Source: Candidatus Daviesbacteria bacterium
GTDB taxonomy: Bacteria > Patescibacteriota > Microgenomatia > Daviesbacterales > UBA10151
NCBI GenBank assembly: GCA_016183225.1
Contig: JACPEZ010000047.1
Coordinates: forward strand, 1-58,904
DNA length: 58,904 nucleotides
Direction of reading: 5' to 3'
Below the pieces are notes generated by a model. It was not told where the DNA came from and made no database searches. It saw nothing but the letters and a program-made list of their open reading frames with translations. Shown one piece after another: positions 53,452 to 58,904 of this stretch. The position numbers and the translations under genes are program-made. How positions within the stretch are numbered: position 1 is the stretch's first letter; each line of letters begins with the position of its first letter.

Positions 53452-54091
53452 TACCATCCTTATCACCAGACCCAACCATGATTTTCCTACAACTTACCTT
53501 TATTATTGGAGTGAGTTGGTAATTGATGAAGCAAAAAGTAAAGGTATCACCGTATTAGATTTAGATGGCAAAAAGGCCAGTAAGCAGAAGTTTAGTAGTT
53601 ATATTAGTAGAAATAACCCCCGCCTAATTTTTTTAAATGGTCACGGAGCAAAAGATCGTGTAGCTGGCTATAATGATGAGATATTGCTTGATGAAGCTAA
53701 CTGTGAAGCGTTACTTCGAGAAAAAATAATTTATGCCAGGAGCTGTGAGGCAGGAGCAAAGTTAGGCCCATTTAGCATAGAAAAAGGTGCAACTGTTTTT
53801 ATTGGTTACAATAAAGATTTCTGGTTAATACGCTCAAAAGAACGAGGCACTAAACCACTAACTGATCCAATCGCTAAGTTCTTTCTAGAACCTTCAAATT
53901 TAGTACCTATATCCTTAATCAAGGGAAATAGTGCCCAGGAGGCATATCAAAAATCCCAAGATGATATGAGGAGAAATTTTAGTTACATGATTTCCAGTAA
54001 AGCTTCCCAGGAGGAAAGAGATGCTGCCTTTTTTCTTTTTTCCAATTATACTTGCCAAATTATATTGGGAGATAAGCAAGCTAAAATTTAA
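53420..54091 (+). CDS. Caspase-fold (CHAT/gingipain-like) putative cysteine protease
   Basis: His-Cys dyad in canonical contexts: PRLIFLNGHGAKD (hydrophobic strand-GHG) and EKIIYARSCEAGA (hydrophobic strand-x-C-x-x-G), followed by GATVFIGY. The start is uncertain: TTG at 53420 or GTG at 53444. Confidence 0.45.
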   Translation: MPKVKSIRVNNTILITRPNHDFPTTYLYYWSELVIDEAKSKGITVLDLDGKKASKQKFSSYISRNNPRLIFLNGHGAKDRVAGYNDEILLDEANCEALLREKIIYARSCEAGAKLGPFSIEKGATVFIGYNKDFWLIRSKERGTKPLTDPIAKFFLEPSNLVPISLIKGNSAQEAYQKSQDDMRRNFSYMISSKASQEERDAAFFLFSNYTCQIILGDKQAKI

Positions 54092-54140
54092 ACGGATAAA
54101 CTTAAAATTTCTTGAGTTTGTTGCAGGGTGAGTTCGGGAA

Positions 54141-55055
54141 ATGATAAAATTTCTATCCAGTTGGTTAATCGAAAGTTATCCCAGGCTGCCCGCACAACAA
54201 ATCTTTCTATCATCATGCTATCATGGTTTAGTGGATTACCAAAAGATTGAGGACTGGCAAAAATTAAAGGAATTAAAAAACCTGCTGGATTTAGCTAATC
54301 CTCCTAAACAGCTTTATTTTCAAGGTAACTGGAACAGGGAAATTTTTAAAAATTGCGTGGCTGTGGTAGGTTCCCGCAAAATGACCGATTACGGAGAGCG
54401 GGTGGTGGAAAAAATTATTCCCCGGCTGATTAACCAAAATCAAACCGTTGTGTCCGGTTTTATGTACGGAGTTGATCAGTATGCCCATCGGGTGTGTGTT
54501 GACTCCGGAGGCAAAACCATTGCCGTGTTGGGCTGGGGCATTGATAAAAAATTAACCAGTCTTGATGCCAAACTGGCCAAAGATATTGTTGATAGCGGAG
54601 GGTTACTGCTGTCTGAATGGGAGAGCCAGGAGGGCACTTTGTGGACTTTTCCCCTGCGAAATAGAATAGTGGCTGCTTTATGCGATGAAGTCATTGTGGT
54701 GGAGGCGGCGGAAAACAGCGGTTCTTTGATCACGGCCAGAGCGGCTGCCAGACTTAAAAAAACAGTCTGGGCTGTGCCCGGCCCCATCACCAGCAAGACC
54801 TCTCGGGGTACCAACCGCTTAATTGCCGAAGCTAAAGCCAAAATGTGGCTGGGTGAAGATAGCATGCAGTTATCTCTTTCTCCAAACATTGACCCTCTTT
54901 TGCAGATTCTGGAAAATGAGGCTTTAACAGCCGATGAGCTGGCCAGAAAACTTAAAACCGCAGTTTCCGAAATTGGAGCTAAACTTTCTTTGCTACTGAT
55001 ATCTGGTCAAATCATGGAAAAAGGAGGAAAATATTACCTGACCGATGCTAGTTAA
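54141..55055 (+). CDS. dprA: DNA-processing protein DprA (Smf)
   Basis: VAVVGSRKMTDYG, VSGFMYGVDQYAH, GGKTIAVLGWGID, and a C-terminal winged-helix-like tail. Confidence 0.85.
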   Translation: MIKFLSSWLIESYPRLPAQQIFLSSCYHGLVDYQKIEDWQKLKELKNLLDLANPPKQLYFQGNWNREIFKNCVAVVGSRKMTDYGERVVEKIIPRLINQNQTVVSGFMYGVDQYAHRVCVDSGGKTIAVLGWGIDKKLTSLDAKLAKDIVDSGGLLLSEWESQEGTLWTFPLRNRIVAALCDEVIVVEAAENSGSLITARAAARLKKTVWAVPGPITSKTSRGTNRLIAEAKAKMWLGEDSMQLSLSPNIDPLLQILENEALTADELARKLKTAVSEIGAKLSLLLISGQIMEKGGKYYLTDAS

Positions 55056-56592
55056 ACTTCGCTCAATTGCCAATTTAGGCTTGGAAACCGTAGCGGTAGA
55101 TGTGGAGGTGGATGTGGCCGCCTTGGGTTTTCCCGGCTTTACCATTGTGGGTTTGCCCTCAAAGGCAGTGGAAGAGGCCAGAGAACGGGTGAAAACTGCC
55201 ATTGTCAACTCCAAAATGGATTTTCCGGCCAAGAAAATCACTGTCAATCTGGCTCCGGCAGATCTGCCCAAAGACGGGGCGGCCTATGATCTGCCCATTG
55301 CCCTGGGGGTGCTTTTGGGAAGCGGCCAGCTGGAACTTCCTGACGACATGGACCTTAATAAATCATTTTTCTACGGAGAATTATCTTTGGACGGCAGTTT
55401 GCGGCCCACCAAGGGGATTTTACTGCTGGGTCTGTTTGCCCAAAAAGTGGGGGGTGCCAACATTTTCGTGCCCCAGGCGAGCGCTCCGGAAGCCGGTGTG
55501 GTGGCGGGGATAAAGGTTATACCTGTTGAAACTTTACATCAGCTGGTTAAATATTTAACCGGACAGGAGAAGCTTAATCCCTTGCTTCATGCGCCTGTCA
55601 AAAATGCATATGATGAGCAGCTGGTGGAATTTGATCTGCTGGAAATTGCCGGTCAGGAACAGGCCAAAAGAGCTTTGATCATTGCAGCCAGTGGCGGACA
55701 TAATTTACTGATGTGGGGCCCGCCGGGAACCGGAAAAACCATGCTGTCGCGGGCTTTGCCCGGGATTTTACCGCCTCTTTCACCGGCCGAAGCTTTGGAA
55801 GTGACCAGAATTTATTCCGTGGCAGGGCTTCTTTCCCCGGGTCAGGCTTTGGTGGCCGCCCGTCCCTTTAGGTCGCCGCATCACGGGATTTCTGCTGCCG
55901 GCATGATCGGCGGCGGCTCAAACCCCTTGCCGGGTGAAGTCAGTTTAGCCCATCTGGGGGTACTCTTTCTGGATGAGATGCCGGAGTTTCCCCGCAGTTT
56001 GATTGAAAGTTTAAGACAGCCCATGGAAGATGGAGTAGTGGAGATTGTCCGGGTGGCCGGCCATGTCCGCTATCCTGCCTCTTTTACCCTGATTGCCGCC
56101 ATCAACCCCTGCCCCTGCGGTTATCTGGGTCATCCCAGAAGGGAATGTAAATGTTCTGATAAACAGATTGCCAAATACAGACACCGGCTGTCCGGTCCAA
56201 TTTTAGACAGGATTGACCTTTTTGTTAATGTGTCAGTGGTGGAAACCGATAAATTATCCATTACCGGCAGCTACCAGGGTCAGAAAATTTCTTCCCGTGA
56301 GGCAAAGAATCAAGTCATAGGAGCGCGCCAAATTCAAAAGATGCGTTTTAAAAAAGAAAACCGCAGTCTTTACACCAATTCCCAGATGAAAAACAGCGAT
56401 GTCAAAAAGTACGGATACTTAACTTCGGAAGCGGAAAATCTGCTGAAACTGGCAGCTGACAGATTTGATTTTTCCGCCCGTTCCTACTTTCGTTTGGTCA
56501 AGGTAGCCAGAACTATTGCTGATTTAAGTTCCAGCGAGCCGATTTTACCCGCGCACATGGCCGAAGCTTTGCAATACAGACAGATCATATGA
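55045..56592 (+). CDS. comM: YifB/ComM Mg-chelatase-like ATPase
   Basis: GLETVAVDVEVDV...GFTIVGLP, NLAPADLPKDG, Walker A GPPGTGKTM, VLFLDEMPEF, and a Zn-finger-like CPCG...C.C. Confidence 0.9.
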   Translation: MLVKLRSIANLGLETVAVDVEVDVAALGFPGFTIVGLPSKAVEEARERVKTAIVNSKMDFPAKKITVNLAPADLPKDGAAYDLPIALGVLLGSGQLELPDDMDLNKSFFYGELSLDGSLRPTKGILLLGLFAQKVGGANIFVPQASAPEAGVVAGIKVIPVETLHQLVKYLTGQEKLNPLLHAPVKNAYDEQLVEFDLLEIAGQEQAKRALIIAASGGHNLLMWGPPGTGKTMLSRALPGILPPLSPAEALEVTRIYSVAGLLSPGQALVAARPFRSPHHGISAAGMIGGGSNPLPGEVSLAHLGVLFLDEMPEFPRSLIESLRQPMEDGVVEIVRVAGHVRYPASFTLIAAINPCPCGYLGHPRRECKCSDKQIAKYRHRLSGPILDRIDLFVNVSVVETDKLSITGSYQGQKISSREAKNQVIGARQIQKMRFKKENRSLYTNSQMKNSDVKKYGYLTSEAENLLKLAADRFDFSARSYFRLVKVARTIADLSSSEPILPAHMAEALQYRQII

Positions 56593-56942
56593 AAACTTTT
56601 AATCGAGCCACCGGCCGTTTAGCAGAGGATCTGGCCACAGAGGCCTTGGTAAAAAAAGGCTATCTGATTTTACAGAAAAATTTCAGCAACCGTTTTGGGG
56701 AAATTGACATTATTGCTCAAGATAAAAATATTTATGTTTTTGTGGAAGTTAAAGCCAAAAAAGGGGAGGAGTTTGGTTTGCCCGAGGAAATGATCACTCC
56801 TTCGAAATTAAGTAAAATCCGGCACATGGCCACCGTATATCTTAATGGGGAAAATGTTCCCTGCCGGATTGACGTGGTGGCTATTGTTCTTACTCCTGAT
56901 AATGACTTGATTCGCTTAACACATTATGAAAATGTTGTATAA
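56589..56942 (+). CDS. yraN: YraN-family (UPF0102) endonuclease
   Basis: GRLAEDLA...GEIDIIAQDKN..VFVEVKAK shows a PD-(D/E)xK core typical of YraN. Confidence 0.8.
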   Translation: MKTFNRATGRLAEDLATEALVKKGYLILQKNFSNRFGEIDIIAQDKNIYVFVEVKAKKGEEFGLPEEMITPSKLSKIRHMATVYLNGENVPCRIDVVAIVLTPDNDLIRLTHYENVV

Positions 56943-56952
56943 TCAAATTAAT

Positions 56953-57525
56953 ATGCCCAAGAAAAAACCATCCGATAAAAAACCGCCGGAACCAAAAGAA
57001 TTTTTTACTCCCAAAATGACGGAGGCGGAGGAAATTAAAACTCTGTTTAGTTGGGAAGCTCCCTCCCGTCCTTTTCGGAAAAAAGACCGCTCCTTTTATA
57101 CCACCCTGGCCATTATTGTGGTGCTTTTAGTCTTAATTTTATTTTTGGCCAGGGAATTTCTGCTGATTGGTGCCTTGCTGGCCCTGACTTTTGTAGCTTA
57201 TGTTTTGGCTTTTGTGCCTCCGCACCATGTAACTTATCGAATTTCCACTCAAGGGATTACTATCGGTGAGGATTTTTATTTCTGGCATTTTCTGGATGCT
57301 TTCTGGTTTAAGGAAAAAGATGGATCAAAAGTTTTGCATATTCAAACCAGACTTCGTTTCCCGGCCCAGCTGATGCTGGTGTTAGCCTCATCTCAAGATG
57401 AGGAAAAAACCAAAAAATTAGTTGCCAGATTTTTGCCTTTTGTGGAAGTGCCTTTTAAAACCTGGATGGAAAAATGGTCAGAAGGATTGCAAAAACATTT
57501 CCCCCTGGAAAATCCACATAGATAA
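56953..57525 (+). CDS. Hypothetical two-TM membrane protein
   Basis: Lys/Pro-rich N-terminus, two adjacent TM helices. Start set to ATG MPKKKPS. Confidence 0.4.
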   Translation: MPKKKPSDKKPPEPKEFFTPKMTEAEEIKTLFSWEAPSRPFRKKDRSFYTTLAIIVVLLVLILFLAREFLLIGALLALTFVAYVLAFVPPHHVTYRISTQGITIGEDFYFWHFLDAFWFKEKDGSKVLHIQTRLRFPAQLMLVLASSQDEEKTKKLVARFLPFVEVPFKTWMEKWSEGLQKHFPLENPHR

Positions 57526-57549
57526 ATTCTGTGCTAAAATACCCATGTT

Positions 57550-57622
57550 GCGCCCGTAGTTCAATGGACAGAACGCATGGTTGCGGTCCATGTGGTTGGG
57601 GGTTCGATTCCCTCCGGGCGCG
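57550..57622 (+). tRNA. tRNA-Arg (anticodon GCG)
   Basis: Hand-folded. Acceptor gcgcccg/cgggcgc, D arm gttc-aatggaca-gaac, anticodon stem catgg/ccatg with loop ttGCGgt, T arm ggggg-ttcgatt-ccctc. Confidence 0.8.
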
Positions 57623-57627
57623 CTCAA

Positions 57628-57713
57628 GGAGGCGTGTCCGAGCGGTTTATGGAAATGGTTTCGAAAACCATCGGCTCGAAAGGGCCTCGCAGGTTCGAAT
57701 CCTGCCGCCTCCG
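57628..57713 (+). tRNA. tRNA-Ser (anticodon CGA)
   Basis: Hand-folded. Acceptor ggaggcg/cgcctcc, anticodon stem atggt/accat with loop ttCGAaa, long variable arm, T arm gcagg-ttcgaat-cctgc. Confidence 0.85.
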
Positions 57714-57714
57714 C

Positions 57715-58563
57715 TTAAGAAATACCTGCCAGGAGAAAAACTCCTAGAAAGGTTACAATTGCCCCGATGATCTTTTTGGCAATATCTTCCCGCTCTCTTA
57801 GAAAGATAATGCCGGCAATAACTGCAAAGATAGTCATTCCGTGATAGATTGCAGTCACAATGCTGACAGAACCATGTTTAATAGCCAGCGTATATCCATA
57901 AAATGCAAAAAAATTGAAGATATTGAATAAAACTTTAAGACCCCATTTATTTGAAACAAATCCTTTGATTCTTGATTGTGGTGTCTTCATAAAAAGAGGG
58001 ATGATAAACACCGAAGGTAGCGACATCCAGGTGATTATGACCGGTAAAGACACATCACTGGAAACAGCTTTAATTAAAACTACCACCACTGCAGCAATTA
58101 AAGACATCAGCAGCGATATTTTAATGCCCTTGTCAATAAAAATTCTGTGAGGAGCAATAGCCATGCTTAAACCCAAAAATAAAATAACTATTCCAATATA
58201 GTCGATCAATTTTAAAGATTCTCCCAAAAACAAAAATGCTATTACAGCGACCCAAATCATTCTGGATCTTGAGACAATGGAAGATATTGATAGATGAGTG
58301 TGTTCGTGCATTTTCATGAATGTATAAACAGCCAGCGGTTCGATAAAACCCAAAAGCAGCAGCAGCGTGATAGTTTTCAAAGACCAATTAATATAAAAAT
58401 CAAAGAAAGCTAAAATCCCAAAAGCTAACACTCTGGATACCTCTAGACTTAGGGAAAAAGAAGCGGAATCTTTATCGTCTTTAATCAGATAGCGGGTGGT
58501 AAAGTTGGCTAAATTCGATGCCAGACCGGCACCAACAGCCAGCAAAAACCAGTATGGTCCCAT
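57715..58563 (-). CDS. EamA/DMT-family transporter
   Basis: Ten hydrophobic segments in two similar halves, ~280 aa. Confidence 0.6.
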   Translation of the reverse strand: MGPYWFLLAVGAGLASNLANFTTRYLIKDDKDSASFSLSLEVSRVLAFGILAFFDFYINWSLKTITLLLLLGFIEPLAVYTFMKMHEHTHLSISSIVSRSRMIWVAVIAFLFLGESLKLIDYIGIVILFLGLSMAIAPHRIFIDKGIKISLLMSLIAAVVVVLIKAVSSDVSLPVIITWMSLPSVFIIPLFMKTPQSRIKGFVSNKWGLKVLFNIFNFFAFYGYTLAIKHGSVSIVTAIYHGMTIFAVIAGIIFLREREDIAKKIIGAIVTFLGVFLLAGIS

Positions 58564-58633
58564 ATGGTTATTATACAGATAATAAGTGAAGTCGGGAAAC
58601 TTGATATAATGTACTGCGGTGAGGCTAGGATGA

Positions 58634-58706
58634 GCCCTCGTAGTTCAATGGACAGAACTTCTGGTTCCGGTCCAGACGGTTGGAGGTTCGACTCCTCTCG
58701 AGGGCG
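58634..58706 (+). tRNA. tRNA-Arg (anticodon CCG)
   Basis: Hand-folded. Acceptor gccctcg/cgagggc, same D arm as 57550, anticodon stem tctgg/ccaga with loop ttCCGgt, T arm ggagg-ttcgact-cctct. Confidence 0.85.
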
Positions 58707-58712
58707 CTTAAG

Positions 58713-58904
58713 ATGAAAAGAGAATTTTCTGCAGGGGGGATAGTATTTAATAAAAAGGGCCAAGTGCTTTTGACCAAGCACTCCCAAAATCATCACTGGT
58801 CCTTTCCCAAGGGCTTAATTGACCCCGGCCAAACTCCCCAGGAAGCAGCAGTCAGGGAAGTCAAAGAAGAAGGTGGAGTGGAAGCTAAAATTGTAGAGAA
58901 GATA
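58713..58904 (+). CDS. NUDIX hydrolase (5' part; runs off the window)
   Basis: Hand translation gives MKREFSAGGIVFNKKGQVLLTKH...FPKGLIDPGQTPQEAAVREVKEEGGVEA, which contains the Nudix box G-x5-E-x7-REVxEExGV. Confidence 0.75.
   Translation, partial: MKREFSAGGIVFNKKGQVLLTKHSQNHHWSFPKGLIDPGQTPQEAAVREVKEEGGVEAKIVEKI

Noticed and set aside
1-58904. Alternative genetic code (UGA recoding, as in some CPR lineages)
   Set aside because: Conserved genes (yidD, the pilins, the VapC partner and others) terminate at TGA at the expected lengths, and several ATGA/TTGA start-stop overlaps use TGA as a stop. The standard bacterial code fits.

Overview
This 58.9-kb chromosomal window uses the standard genetic code: TGA acts as a stop and there are many ATGA start/stop overlaps. 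By gene content it looks like a small-genome CPR/Patescibacteria-type bacterium (DUF4012 protein, CPR-style T4SS pilins, many tiny membrane proteins); that assignment is inference. The window spans the replication origin, with rpmH-rnpA-yidD-yidC-jag on the minus strand facing dnaA-oriC-dnaN on the plus strand. Housekeeping genes include tsaD, valS, L25/Ctc, RNase HI, smpB plus tmRNA, five tRNAs, and the competence genes comFC, dprA, comM and yraN. Cell-envelope genes include an epimerase-DUF4012 fusion, a Wzx-like flippase, an O-antigen-ligase-like protein, a GT39-like glycosyltransferase and a SpoIID-like protein. The accessory content is dominated by four things. (1) A minus-strand Gram-positive-style T4SS-like locus (17029-35812) holds a lytic transglycosylase/M23 hydrolase, a VirB4 split into two ORFs, a PrgI/VirB3-like protein, a VirB6-like protein, five tandem VirB2/TrbC-like pilin paralogs and an adhesin-pilin fusion. 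A plus-strand block (orphan Zn-ribbon protein, AbiEi/AbiEii, a 1226-aa orphan) interrupts it, and two four-helix-bundle (23S-IVS/Avd-family) genes sit inside it. (2) Three gene cassettes (a nucleotidyltransferase and two DUF4143 ATPase-nucleases) are delimited by four copies of a 26-45 bp direct repeat that is the leader and first codons of the adhesin gene. (3) An AT-rich island encodes an XRE regulator, a PrimPol-SF2 helicase fusion, three small orphans and a caspase-fold protein. (4) Heptanucleotide-periodic repeats, typically 4 x 7 nt blocks and often bipartite, occur between genes, inside conserved genes (tsaD) and as the coding sequence of signal peptides. All calls come from reading the sequence and the translations by eye. 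Start codons were adjusted manually and family assignments rest on remembered motifs, not on searches.
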